A stretch of DNA of 64,000 nucleotides from Toensbergia leucococca (GCA_022813965.1 JALDZS010000037.1:1-64000); one strand, 5' to 3'. Shown: positions 1-13,600, counted from the first letter of the stretch. Numbers and translations are program-made. The notes: generated by a model from the sequence alone, not told the origin.

Positions 1-86
1 CCTATATCAATAGCTCGGCTGAAGGACATATTCCTCCGCACCCGTTCACCATATCCGGGGTACGCGTAGGATTAGAGGTTTGACAT
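1..86 (-). pseudogene. 5' end of a RidA/YjgF (endoribonuclease L-PSP-like) family gene with an in-frame stop at codon 5; runs off the window edge
   Basis: Minus strand from CACC-ATG at 86 reads MSNL*SYAYPGYGERVRRNMSFSRAIDIG, which resembles the N-terminus of fungal RidA-family proteins (M-x-x-L-Q-Y-x-x-Y-x-G-x-G-E...SQAV-x-x-G). TATAAA lies about 95 nt upstream on the same strand. Confidence 0.55.
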
Positions 87-1173
87 GGTGGAACAGTTAT
101 ATATGCCTGAAGATTCATATGAAGTGTGAGAGGGTTGATCTGATTTGAATTGAGTTGAATTGATTGAGTGATCAGGACATTTATAAACAGCTCATAGTTG
201 GCACTGATGTGAGATCTTGAACAGCTACAACGGAATAATGAACACGAATCGCACCTTGCCGAAAAAGTATAGCCCGCTAATAAATCACAACAATCTTTCT
301 AGCTTTTACCTTAGATTTTTAGGCCAGTTGTTCTCTTACCTACCTTGTATAAACTGAGATATCCCTCCACATGCGTGTGAGTAGAGATTCGCTCCCCTCC
401 TCACCCTGAACTTACGAAGCCCAAATGATTAAAGGGTAAGAAGTAAGATAGAGCGACGGCGGTGAGGGGATCGCTAAGGCGAGTTTGAAGCAGCTTTGAT
501 AGGGACACCGTTCTCAAGTCGCCCCGCTCGCGCGAGGCAAGATTGAAGATCACCTGTGACTCACGTGTCAGTGTCTGGTAACTTGACATGACCCCTAATC
601 CTTAATTCAGATTGAAACAGCAGTAGCTCAATTTGATAATCATGACTGAAATTGAAAAGATAGAATCCTTTGTTCAACAATGAAGATTGACACATAATAA
701 AGATACACTGATATTTCCTTTGAATAACGTTAAGCACCAACCTGGGTTTGACTGTGACGCAGGATTCTGGTAAAGTATAAAGCATCACATTACATTTTCA
801 TTCTTAGTCCCAGGTGCAATATCGCCCAAATTTCATCTTCAACACATTCACACCCTCCCTAAGAGCTCTAGTCAAGTTTGAGTTCATGTTGCCCGCATGT
901 CTTACTCTCAACACCTTGTTATCTGACTCTTAATAACGTTGATAATTAGACCAATATATTTTGTCTCCAAGATTGCTGCTTTGTCCAAAACGGCCTTCAT
1001 CTCGACGTCTGGTGCCGTCGATTTAAGGTTTAGTGCTGACTAAGTACAATACTCTACGTTGGTCAGAACACCGCAGTTCGACGGTCGAAATCACGACCGA
1101 GGGACCTAAATTAACAATCACCGGGTAGAGTTGTTGAGAGGTGAGTGATACTGCCAGGTCTCGATACAGAGTA

Positions 1174-4100
1174 ATGAACATGACACGTGAAGAAAGTCCG
1201 AAGAGGAGGAAGCTAGAATCCGATCACTTCGCCGTGCCCCCAAGACCTTCTACAACAAGAACACCCCGCTCCGCTCAAACCCCTTTGCACAACAAGCCCC
1301 GAACAACATATCTGGCTAGCCACAGTCGGGAGAACGGATCCAGTCGTCCACCTACATCTTCCACCCCACGAGCATCGCGATATCCCTCTACACCTCGACA
1401 GAATGAATTCGATGGACCGGAGCCACAGGTCAACGAGGAAGACTCGAACGCTCTCGATAGAGATTGGTATGCAGGTGATGAGTTCGGTCACACATTCGGT
1501 GACGAGTCACATAACCCATTTGGCTCCGTTGATGCATCATGGGCAGATCAGCAAAGGGAGGCAGCTCTAGTTGAAAAGAAGAATGGGAAGCGAATCAGCG
1601 CGAGGGCTGTACAAAAGCAGCGTGATGTCGATGCATGGGAGACAAATCGTATGCTTACATCAGGTGTTGCACAGCGAAGAGACTACGATGCGGATTTTGA
1701 AGATGACGAAGAAGCCACGAGGGTTCATCTGCTAGTTCACGATATCAAGCCACCTTTTTTAGACGGAAGGAGAATCTTCACCAAGCAACTAGATCCAGTC
1801 CCTGCAGTACGAGATCCTCAAAGCGACATGGCAGTGTTCAGTCGAAAGGGAAGTAGGGTTGTGAAAGAGAAGCGGCAGCAAAAGGAGAGGCAAAAACAGG
1901 CCCAAGAAGCTACCAACTTGGCAGGTACAGCGTTGGGTAACTTAATGGGTGTCAAAGAAGATGAAGGTGATAGTGCGGCGCATGCTCCAGGTGAAGATGA
2001 TATAAAAGGAGGCAGCAAATTCGCGGAACACCTGAAGAAGAATGAGGGACAAAGTCTTTTTAGTAAAAGTAAGACCCTTCGAGAACAGAGAGAGTATCTC
2101 CCCGCATTCGCCGTGCGGGAAGAGCTACTCCGAGTGATACGGGACAACCAAGTGATCATAGTCGTTGGGCAGACTGGTTCTGGAAAGACAACGCAGTTGA
2201 CCCAATTTCTGTATGAGGATGGATACGCAAGGGCTGGGTTGATAGGCTGCACTCAGCCTCGGCGAGTGGCTGCAATGAGTGTTGCAAAGCGAGTCAGTGA
2301 AGAGATGCAAGTCAAGCTAGGTGGTCTAGTAGGCTACGCCATCCGATTCGAAGATTGTACTAGCAGAGAGACAGCTATCAAATATATGACCGATGGAGTG
2401 CTGCTGCGGGAGTCTCTCGTCGAACCTGACCTTGACAAATACTCCTGTATCATCATGGACGAAGCTCATGAGCGCGCTCTCAATACAGATGTGCTAATGG
2501 GACTCATCAAAAAGGTCCTTGCTCGACGGAGAGATCTAAAACTAATAGTCACCTCGGCGACGATGAATGCGGAACGCTTCTCGCGATTTTATGGTGGAGC
2601 TCCAGAGTTTTTCATTCCTGGAAGAACATTCCCTGTGGACGAGCAGTTCGCTCGATCGCCTTGTGAAGACTATGTTGATAGTGCGGTCAAGCAAGTTTTG
2701 GCGATTCATGTATCTCAACCCGTAGGAGACATACTCGTCTTCATGACCGGCCAAGAGGATATTGAGGTAACATGCGAACTTGTTGAAGAAAGGCTCAAGA
2801 TGTTGAACGATCCGCCCAAATTAAGTATCCTACCAATCTACAGTCAGATGCCTGCGGATCTGCAAGCAAAGATATTCGAGAAAGCAGCACCTGGAGTTCG
2901 GAAGGTCATCGTAGCTACTAACATTGCGGAGACCAGTCTCACAGTTGACGGCATCATGTATGTTGTTGATGCTGGATTCTCGAAGCTTAAAGTCTATAAT
3001 CCAAGGATGGGTATGGATGCTCTACAGATCACTCCAATTTCCCAAGCCAATGCGTCTCAGCGTGCTGGACGTGCTGGCAGGACGGGACCTGGCAAGGCTT
3101 TCCATCTTTATACCGAATTGGCTTTCAAAAACGAGTTCTATATTCAGACGATACCCGAGATTCAACGGACCAATCTAGCGAATACTGTTCTTCTACTAAA
3201 GTCCCTGGGAGTGAGAGATCTACTTGACTTCGACTTCATGGATCCCCCACCCCAAGATACCATCACCACTTCCCTTTTTGATCTCTGGGCGCTCGGTGCC
3301 TTAGACAACATAGGCGATCTTACTCCCATGGGCAAAAAAGCGACAGCATTCCCCATGGACCCATCACTTGCTAAATTGATCATCACATCCGAGGAGTATG
3401 GTTGCAGCGAAGAAATGCTGACCATTGTTTCCATGCTCTCGGTCCCAAGTGTGTTTTACCGACCGAAGGAACGACAAGAAGAGTCCGATGCCGCTCGTGA
3501 AAAGTTCTTCGTTCCAGAATCAGACCATCTGACACTTCTTCATGTTTATACGTCATGGAAATCGAACGGCTATTCGGACGGTTGGTGCATTCGGCATTTC
3601 CTACATCCAAAAGCTTTGCGACGAGCGAAGGAGATACGAGAGCAACTGCACGATATCATGAAAGTGCAGAAGATGGTCCTGACAAGCTGTGGTACTGACT
3701 GGGATGTCATTCGTAAATGTATTTGCTCTGGATACTATCACCAAGCTGCAAAAGTGAAGGGTATTGGCGAGTATATCAATCTCCGGACCAGTGTGACTGT
3801 GCAGCTCCATCCCACAAGTGCACTTTATGGACTCGGCTATCTGCCAGACTATGTGGTATATCATGAGCTTATTCTCACATCGAAAGAGTACATGTCTACC
3901 GTTACATCTGTGGATCCACATGTAAGTCATCTACACCCATTTCTAAGCTCGACCATTCAGCTCACGAATATCCTTTAGTGGCTTGCAGAGCTCGGTGGGG
4001 TATTCTATTCCGTCAAAGAAAAGGGCTATTCGGCAAGAGAGAAACGAGTCACCGAACACGAGTTCAATCGTAAAATGGAGATTGAGACCCAAATGGCAGA

Positions 4101-4251
4101 AGACAAGGAGCGGGAGGCACAAAGGATTGCAAAAGCTGCTGACACCCCGAGACCAGCGCTGGTGAGGCCTAGCACTGCGGCTATCAAACGGGTTGCTACA
4201 CAAGGCGCGGTCAAGCGACCGCTGACACCTAGGGTAGGGCGAGGGTTTTGA
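1174..4251 (+). CDS. PRP16: Pre-mRNA splicing DEAH-box RNA helicase Prp16 (DHX38); intron 3922-3978
   Basis: [15 protein letters not shown] and QRAGRAGR motifs, plus the Prp16-type N-terminal LDRDWY and [10 protein letters not shown]. Removing GTAAGT...TAG restores [16 protein letters not shown] through to TGA at 4249-4251. Confidence 0.95.
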
Positions 4252-4835
4252 TAAGTAGCTTAAAGCATTGTTCATTAAGTCCTGTGACATTTACCAGTCG
4301 CCATCACATTTTCAACTCTCTGTTTTCAAGACTGTGTCTTTGGCATGAGACTAAGTATCTGCATGTACTTGGTCTTGTGAAAGTAAGTGTAGACCTGATC
4401 AGACTCTATGAATGTCAGTAGAACCTGTCAGTCTTTTAAAGTACGGTAGATTTTGATGCTGTGATTGTGACTTCCCAAGGGAACCTGTTTTGTATCATTT
4501 GATCTCAACACCAACTCATTGTATTGTGATCAGTAATAACTCACTTTCGACTCACCTAGTAAGAATTGATGAAAAAGAACGGCTGATTGAGATTGAATCC
4601 ATAGATTGAAAGGAGAAAGGAGAAAGGATACGGATATCCGTATCTGTACTAGTGTCAAATCCAAGGCTTCGCTTACGACTTTTGTGCGTCACCAAAACAC
4701 CCTTGCACTGTACGGACACCAGTCGCACCTTTTTTTTTGCAATGACAAACTCCCACCGACGAACTTATCTATTTGTGGCATCAAATCGGATCAAAGCGCC
4801 AATTTATCACCTGAGCCTGAGTTCAGATATGCTTT

Positions 4836-6919
4836 ATGCTGACGGTTTCCACCATGTCAACAGCATCAAGGTCAAAGGGTCCTGTATCTGCAGCTATTAA
4901 ACCTCTTCTTCGCCGTCCTTCATTGATTCGCAAACGTGATGATGTCGACAGCTTTGCCAGCGAGGAAGCAAAATTTTCGAGTCCGGGAAAACGAATGAAA
5001 GTCACTTTCGATAACGACGTTGAAGTGAGGCTTGTAAGTGACTGGGGCAAAGCACCAAATCTCATTCGGGAAGAGGTGCGCCGCGCTATCGAAAAGCATG
5101 CCATCGGGGATGACTCTGAATACAATGGAATCAAAGCTGTGTATAGCGCAGAACCAGATGCAGAGGATTGTCCCAGCTCCTCCACGATGAAAAATTACAC
5201 ATCAGCATTACTAGCTAATATATCCTCACTCAACACATCTTGCTCGAGCCTGGTCGACGTGGTATTGAATAGCCAGTGGCTCGGGAGGGAATATGATTAT
5301 GTTACACTCTACGTCCGTTTTCTAGCCAATGTTGTATCCGTCCAGGGAGGTACTTTACCAAAGGTGCTTGGGATGCTTGTGGACAATCTCACAAGCAGTA
5401 AGTTTGATACCTTATAATATCTATAATGTTATGCTTACACAAACTCCTAGCCCCACCATCTAGCGGCCGAATACCTAGTTTGCCTGTTGTTCCGCGCTCG
5501 CAGATCAATATACGGGTTCACAGCGCTTTGCAGTATCTACTTCAACTAGTTCCTTCAGCTAGCCGCACCATATCCTCCATTTTCACCTCCAAATTTCCTC
5601 ATGCAACAGATTCAAGGAAGGCGCACGTCTCTTATGCCCGAAACTTGCTCCGGGTCTTGGCATACGCTCCCGAATTAGAAGCGGATGTGCTGGCACTAAT
5701 CACAGAGCGACTTGTCAAGATTGATGTACAGGTACAAGTAGATCTAGAGGATCTTGCGGAAGATGTTGGAGACGGGCTTGTGCAAGAGATACCAAAAGTA
5801 TTAGGGGGTCTGATCGAAGACGTTGATGAGATGGAAGATAGTGAAAACGAGTCTGAGTCAACCGATGATGCCATGGACACAGAGACCCAGAGATCCAAGG
5901 ACATCACTACCAGTGTGGAGAAAATGGACCTTTTGCTGGACGTACTTTTCACGCACTATAATTCAACCTTTACAGGTACATCTGTCACTAATCGATTTTG
6001 CGCATTCGACATGCTTCTCTCTCAATTCACCACAATTATTCTGCCTACACACCGTTCGCGGCATACTCAATTCCTCCTTTTCCATTTCGCGCAAACGTCT
6101 TCAGGCAACATCGATACTTTTGTGGGTACATGCATGGAGATTGCGTTTGATAAGCGCCGACCTGCTATCATGCGGCAAGGGGCGGTAGCGTACCTTGCAA
6201 GCTTTGTTGCAAGAGGTATTCGGGTGCCGCCAAACGTCGTCCGGGATGTATTCGACTACATTGGCTGCCAACTCGAACAACTTCGCGCTGAATACGAGCC
6301 GGCTTGCCGTGGTCCCGATCTCGGACGATACACGTACTTTTACTCTTTGGTGCAAGCGCTATTGTACATTTTCTGTTTCCGCTGGCAGGATCTGGAAAAT
6401 AGCGCAGATGAAGAAGACTTCGAGGACGAAGACCTCCCTACCGACTATGGCGAAGAACACACTTGGAGGTCCGGAGTCAAGGAAACACTAGCAATAAACG
6501 TTTTCTCCAAATTGAATCCTCTGAAGGTCTGCTCGCCTATCATTGTCACGGAATTTGCCCGCATAGCCAATCATTTAGGCGTTATATATGTCTTCCATCT
6601 CCTCGAAACCAACAAGCGTGTCCGCCTCTCTCAGTTCTCGGGCTCTGCACGATCAAGCGTTACATACAACCTGCCACATCGGGAGACTGCATTAAGCGCG
6701 AGAAAGGATGAGAGTCACCAGCATTTAGACGAGTATTTCCCTTTCGATCCTTATCATCTCCCAAAGAGCAAGAGATGGATTGAAGGTGATTATAGAGAAT
6801 GGACGGGTATCCCGGGTTTGGGAGATGAGCAGGCAGATGACACGGAAAGTGACGAGGAGGATGTTGACGATAGCGAAGTCGATGAAGATACCGAGACTGA
6901 CGAAGGTAGCGAATCTTGA
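4836..6919 (+). CDS. RRN3: RNA polymerase I transcription initiation factor Rrn3; intron 5398-5450
   Basis: Rrn3 motifs LVKIDV, HTQFLLFH, YLASFVAR, QALLYIFCFRW, LNPLKVC and YFPFDPY. Two ORFs are joined by GTAAGT...CTAG. Confidence 0.93.
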
Positions 6920-7814
6920 TAAGGAGCTAAGATATGGCAGCTGATTTTATTCATTGGCATTGTTTGAGGGAGCATAACGTTGATTTAGCGCGGCGTTGGC
7001 TAGCATGTCTCAGGAAACCCCAAAAGCAGGAAAGGTTGGACGGATACAAGGGATATCATTTTCGGAATGAAGCAAAGGTAATTGGTCACGTACAGATTGG
7101 CTGGCATGAGAGCACGACGTTTTCGACCGTTGAAGATTCAAGTCATACAAAGTATCGAGTTGTAGCATAGATATTTTGAGGTAAAGAAGCTACATAGCAC
7201 GCTGCATCCCACTGTTTCTCCTCGTTCCCCAAAAGTTCTATACCTACCTACTTTTCTTGTTGCCAAAATCTCATGTCAGTGCTACCTACCTGCTCCCTCC
7301 TCGCCAACCAAAAAACGCTTCTCTCTCCCACAGGATCTTCCTCGGCTATTCCGTTTACCAATTGTAATCATCTTGTGTCATCTTTATCCCTGCGGTCCAC
7401 ATCCGATTTGGCCCACGTTCAGTCACCTCTTTCGCCCCGTCCCCCGCCTCAATTACGAGTACGTTCCTCGAAGGGCCAGCTCAGAGACTCGGATTTGGAC
7501 CTTTGTGTCCCGCAGCTTTCGGGGCTATTATCCCGAGGAATAATGGGAGAAAGGGGAGGGGAGGGGAGAGAACGCAAGATTGATGAAAAAGGATGTGGTC
7601 CGGGCTATATGGGAGAGGAAATGAGGACAAATGCAATTAGATAGAGTGGGGGAGTGAGGTTTGAGCTTTTGGGATAGGGTTGAGACTGGAATGATAGAGC
7701 TGGAGTTGATGTGGCGGGATTGGTGTGGGGATGTGGAATGGGGGATGGAAAGTGTGGAGGTTTGGGGGAGGTTTGAGGGGCTGTGAGGGTTGTTGTTTAT
7801 GGATTCTTCTTTGT

Positions 7815-8667
7815 ATACATGCTGGGAATACTCGTAGGCGATCGTGCCGTCAGGAGAAGGAAACTCTTTGGAAATTTTTATAGACACCATGCGATAGTTG
7901 AGGGATCTTTTGTCTCATAGTCTGTTCAACATCTGTAAGGTCAATTGAAATCATATCTTATACTTCAGTAGTATCTTACAAACATTCACATCGTTGTTTA
8001 ATCTTGTCCTTCGACTTTACGATCTGGTTGTATGCGTCTTCTCTAACATTCGCTCTCTGTACCATGAATTCCCCAGACTGCTTGGAGTTGGTCTTCCTCG
8101 TTTGGGGAGCTCGCTGTCCGGTTGGATGGGTGGATTTGTGACGTATCCTTGCTGGAAGATCCTCGCTTCCGAATACGATTTCTGCAGGTGAGTATCTCAG
8201 GTGGTCAATGAGTCTGGAGTTTACTCCCGGGAGACAGAGACTTGGCGCCTCATCCCATTCTGGTATTGGAGACATCGTCTTCTTGAATGCTTGTTGTAGT
8301 GTCTCATTTGCTCTTTCTATCATACCTACCGATTTATGCGCTGCCGCTGGGGCAAACACTATCGTTATTCCAGTTTCCTGGCAATAGTCTTTCATGGTTT
8401 TGTTGTTGAAGTGTGATCCGATGTCAAGGTAAATGGCCGCTGGCTTCAGAAATCTTGGAAGTTTTCATTTTAGTGAGGTTACCGTTTCTCTGACTCTGGC
8501 TGTCGGAAGTGGTTCTGATATCATCAATCCTGAGAAGTAGTTGACTATATTCAGGATGTATTGGTTCCCGGTCTTCATAACGTTGAAAGGTCCTATGAAA
8601 TCCATTCTGAGGAGGTCAAACGGTTTTGATACTATGACTGATTTCAGGGGTTGACTTCTAGTTATGT
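7815..8667 (-). mobile_element. Degenerate LTR retrotransposon (Ty3/Gypsy-like) integrase fragment
   Basis: One frame reads KPFDLLRMDFIGPF...QYILNIVNYFSG...*KLPRFLKPAAIYLDIGSHFNNK...APAAAHKSVGMIERANETLQ, an rve D-D-E core with one in-frame TGA (8465-8467), then frameshifts. I found no RT, gag or clear LTRs. Confidence 0.85.
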
Positions 8668-9530
8668 TCAAATCAATGTTGTTATCATACTTTCTTGGGT
8701 CACAGCAAAGGTCGGCTTCCGCTTGAAAGCGCTCACTATTTGCTCCATTTCCGCCCGGTTACGCTCCGCCAACAAAGGTAGTAGTAGTTCCCGCTGTGAC
8801 GGTCTCTCCAAATATAAGTACTTGATGAAATTGCGTAAATGGTACGCCGGGCGGTTACCCAATTTATTATGGAAATTCTCTGCATGCGTAGTGCGGTATC
8901 TAAGCTGATCCAAGATGGCGTCGCAGGTCTTGGGAATCGAGGGCACGAAGATAGGGACATTTCTTGCACTGCTCAGTACCTTAGGCAGAATCCTGGTGCC
9001 TTGCTCGGTCTGAGCAGTAAAAGTGATGGAAGCGGTCTCCGGGACGGTGGCGAAGCGTTCTTCAACAAGATTTACGTTCCACGCGTGGATGTCTTTGACG
9101 GCGACGGGCTCGGCGGCCTCGACTCGAAGCATATAGATCGCCTCGGTCCACAAGCTGATGCAGGAGAAAGGGCCCGGTGCACAGCGCATATCACGTAGGC
9201 GAGGAACTTGCTTGGTGTAGGGATACTCAAAGCGGTAGCTGATGTCTTGGTTGACGCGCTCGAAGCAGCCTGTTGCCAAAAGACCAGTCAATATAGTGTC
9301 CACTTGGGAGTCTCTTATTAGAAGATCAAGGTTCTACGAGGCGGTTAGTCGTCGATCTATTGAAAATCTGAAGAGGAATAGAGCTTCTTTCTTACCTCTT
9401 CTGGGCAAGCGCGAAGGCCCATCCACCGCATAGCGCCGTCTTCTACTACGACGATAGGATGGTGGTGGGCTTCAAAAACGGAGTACATGCCGTCAAAGTA
9501 GCCATCCTGCCTGGTTCTGGAAGAGGCCAT
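8668..9530 (-). CDS. Hypothetical 266-aa protein, possibly nucleotidyltransferase-like fold; intron 9334-9395
   Basis: Exon 1 (9530-9396; MASS...VVVEDGAMRWMGLRACPEE) splices through GTAAG...GACTAAC...TAG in frame to exon 2 (9333-8668; NLDLLIRDSQVD...). Confidence 0.7.
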
Positions 9531-10641
9531 AGCGAAATAGTTGATCACGGTGATGGAGTTTGGGTTGAAAGAGGTGGATGGACAAAAGTTTGCACCACCT
9601 TAATGCCAAATGATCTCGGACAAGAAGGAATGCTTGAGTTAGCTATTCAAGTAGTTCCAACCGGTCAAACTATCTTCGTAGGAAAGGCGGCGCAGTTATG
9701 TGACGTTCCTCGAGCTACTTGTGAGGGTCTGAATCAAGATGGGTAGAGAAGTGCAGTTTCTTGTTATCGCAGCGAAGTGTAGCGAGGCTGTCTACTGTCG
9801 TTCTGTGGGCTTCGTCTGCACGGAGTTCGCCCGATACGCAGTAACGTGACGTTGAAAGAAGACTGTTCGGACTTAGCCGCTTCGCTGCGTTTCAATCGGG
9901 AGGTCTTAGTCCCGATGGATATATTTTTCTATTCAACGCCAGTGCAGTGGTTTTTGATCGGACGACGACGACGTCGAATCAGCCTATGAGGTGCAGTGAT
10001 TTGGGCTGGATTGAGTGATTGAGGGATTGCGCAATACTTTTGAGAAATTCCAGAAGACCCCCCAAATAGAAAATAGCTGGGGAGGGTTCAAGAAGGGGTC
10101 CAAGGGGTTCACGTGTACTGACTGCAAGATTTAGTAGACCTTCATGCTGTTGACATGCAAGCCCTCAAACTTCTGAGCTCCTGTCTTGATCTTGATTAGC
10201 AGTGCTCATACGTCATATTCTACCTTCACTCCACCATGCGACAGATTGGATGGCGGGGTAAAGATCGACAGAGCTAGAGTCAGGTACCAACTGTCAGCCT
10301 CAAAGGTGGTCCGAGCGCGCCTCTGGGAAGTCCGAGACTCCTCATTGTAGAGTACATGTAATCCCCAGCCATCCATCAACCTGCGATGCCATCCTAACCT
10401 CGACGTCAATCTCAACCTCTGAAACGCTGTTCGAGTCCTGTGCATGATACAGTAGAAAAGAGGAGTAACTGTGCTGCTGTGCTGTGAGGGCAATGTTGTG
10501 AGCGTAACAGGGCATTATTCTGCCCAAATATTCCACCAAAAGGTTAGTGGTGATGGACTGCGTCTTCGAACTCCCATTAGGCCTCAAATCTTCCTATTTT
10601 CCATCCACTCTCTTCTATCAATCACATTTACAGACGCAGCC

Positions 10642-13600
10642 ATGAGATGGGCTAACACGGTTAGAGACAGTCCACGTTCTCCGCATAGCATATACAATCC
10701 TCCAGTAGCATCTCCACGAACATCACAACCTAATACTACCCGGCATGACGCCGTGGCTCGAATACAAGAACAACTCCTAAGGTTGGGACCAAGGAGTCCC
10801 ATCCTCCAATCTGCCGCAGTACTTGAATCGCCAGCTCGAACACCAGAACAGGTCCTAAGGTCAGCCCAAAAGATTCCTGTCGTCCAATCTGCCGCAGTAG
10901 TCGAATCGCCAGCTCGAACACAAGAGCAACTCCTGAGGTCGGCCCAAATAAATCCTAGAGACTTTGGTACTGTTCGAGAAAAATTATCTTGCCAGAATCA
11001 CCCAGACAATCTTGCGAATATCTCCGCAGGTGGCGAAATGGCGACCACTCATGGGTCAAATCTGCTAGATGCAACTTCTGCTACTGTTATTATCCACAAG
11101 GCAGAGGTCATTCAGATTGCTAAGGATCAGGAGAAAGTGATACACGAGAAATTGAGGAGAAACGGTGACGAAATTCCGAAATATGAATTTCTGGAGATCA
11201 TAGGGAAAGGGGCGTACGGTAGAGTATTTAAATGGTACGGATATCCCCTCCAAGATGCTTCCAGGCGTTTTGTCTCAATGCCCCAAGTGTGACGGAAATA
11301 GTTTTTTGTTAGAGTGTACTTATCCTGTTTTCATCCGAGATCCTTCTCTTGGTCTCGTCTCAAAGCGAACTGTTGATCCACAGCATATTGATTTCTTAGA
11401 TCAATACATCGTTGCTTTTCTTTGCTGACATTAATCACTTCTAGTCACGACCAGGTGCACAATCGAGTCGTTGCTCTGAAGGTCATAGACGTCGATGCCA
11501 CCGATTATAACATCAATGCGGAAGCCAAGGACGACAGCATAGCGGCGACGGTCCACGAAATCAAAGTTCTGCAGCAGCTGCGAGATAGCAGAGCCAAGAA
11601 CGTCAATCTCATATTCGATGCCTTCCAAATGCATTCGCAGCTCTGGATCGTAAATGACTATTGTCCTGGTGGCAGCGTCCACACTTTGGTAAGACACTCA
11701 TGATCTCACTTCTTTATCTTGCTTCTCCGTCTTGTGAGACAATTCGGACAGTTCTCATCTACGCCGTCTCTTGTCTCTTGTATTTGTTGGATTCTGTTGA
11801 ATAACCTGTCAAAGTCTTTCGTCAAGGTGTCTCTGTTGTGATTTCGTCCTGCTATTCTACATTGCCTCTGTAAAAGTTGTTAATTCCTCCACGTGTACGC
11901 TTTGGCTACTTATCAGAAGAACCTGAATGATGGTGCTGCCTCGCAAAGTACCGTAGACCAGTAAATGGGACTTTCGGATCCTCCACGAGGACTACCCTGT
12001 GGCTTCGAGCCTCTTGTAACTGTTGCATTTGCTTCTTGTTCGCAATCTCGTTCTTGCCGAATTTGTATTATTCCCTCGCGAAAGGCATATAAGAGGTATA
12101 CTGACCGTCCAAAGATGCGCGCAACAGGTAACAAGCTTGAGGAGAAATATATTCTCCCGATTGCCCGTGAGTTGGCCATAGGTCTAAAGGCAATACATGA
12201 GGCAGGTATTATCCATCGAGACATTAAAGGTAATATAATCAACACCGTTACAATCCACGACGAGAGGAAGAAAAGACTTTGGTGATATAAGAGTAACGGT
12301 AGCTAATTCGACATTTACTGACCAGCTTCCAACGTAATGATTCACGAAAATGGCATGCTCCAAGTGATCGACTTTGGCGTTGCGGGTGTTCTGCCAAGCA
12401 AGCTGGATAAGAGGACTTCGATAATAGGGACGCCATTCTGGATGGCTCCGGAGATGTTCATAAAGGCACCGGCAGCAGGCTTGAAATACGGCACGGAAGT
12501 TAGTCATATGGTCATGCATTGAGGAAAGAGGTGTACTGATAATGATAGGTGGACATATGGGCCTATGGCTGTACCTTGTACGAGATGGCGAAAGGCCTAC
12601 CGCCCAATACCGATTACCTTCCTGGGCCTGCGTTGGGAGCTCGAATCAAGAGGAGTCCGCCAAGGCTCGAGGACACGAGCTTTTCCCGGGAACTATGCAG
12701 CTTAATCGAACTAGCATGCCAGTTTGATGCAGCAAGTCGCCCATCCATGGACGTAATTTTGGGCCAGAGATATATCGTAGAGTCCGAAACCACACATCCG
12801 ACAAGCTGTTTGGCCTCGCTAGTTAGGGAGTTTTATCGGTGGGAATACTCTGGGGGAAAACGCCTGTCATTGTTTTATGGCGGAGGGGCTGCGGCGGCCG
12901 AGTATCCACGTACTCTAGAGCCTGAAGAAGATTGGAATTTCAGCACCACTGCAAATTTCGACCGACAGTTTGTTGAGCCAGGCAACGACTATCTCTTGCA
13001 GTCGACCACATACCACCCTGCAACACAGCAGACTAACAAAGAAGAGCGCGTCAAGCGTGGTGAGGAAGCAATGAAAGGACTCTTCGATGCAGACAAGGAG
13101 CCGTACAAGTACGAGGTCAAGGCCGATTTCGTCGAAAAGACCCCTTATGAGCTAGCGCTTAGCCGCGCTCGATCGGATTTGCCCCTTCGACAGGCAAACG
13201 ACCAGTATCCTGTTTCCCATAACGAGCTGGAAAAACCAAAGGGCGGGTACGGCAAGATACCAAACATCGACCTCGCAAACGTCGACACCATCAAGGCAAA
13301 TCGAAGTAAGCGAGCAACCAAAGACTGGGTGTTTCCTGGTCGTGACAATCAAGCTCCAGAATTCAAAGCCACCGTCACAGACTCCGACATCATTTCCACC
13401 GATTCCGTAAAAGCGGCTGACAACCCCCACCGTAACACCCTCGATTGGCGTTTTCCATCCATGGTAGCTGACGACGACGAGCCACAGCCAGTCGTTACTC
13501 GTCCCGCTTTAAGACATATCGCGACAGCTCCAGTTGGTGATTCCATCATTCATACACATCGGTCCATATTGGACCTTGACAAGCTTTACGAAGGCGAAGG

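Noticed and set aside
1141..1173. GTG/TTG starts given by the ORF track (here and elsewhere)
   Set aside because: Prokaryotic-style start calls; the eukaryotic models use ATG and upstream exons.
1213..3930. Many antisense and alternate-frame ORFs overlapping PRP16 (and likewise other conserved genes)
   Set aside because: Shadow ORFs of real coding sequence with no recognisable motifs.
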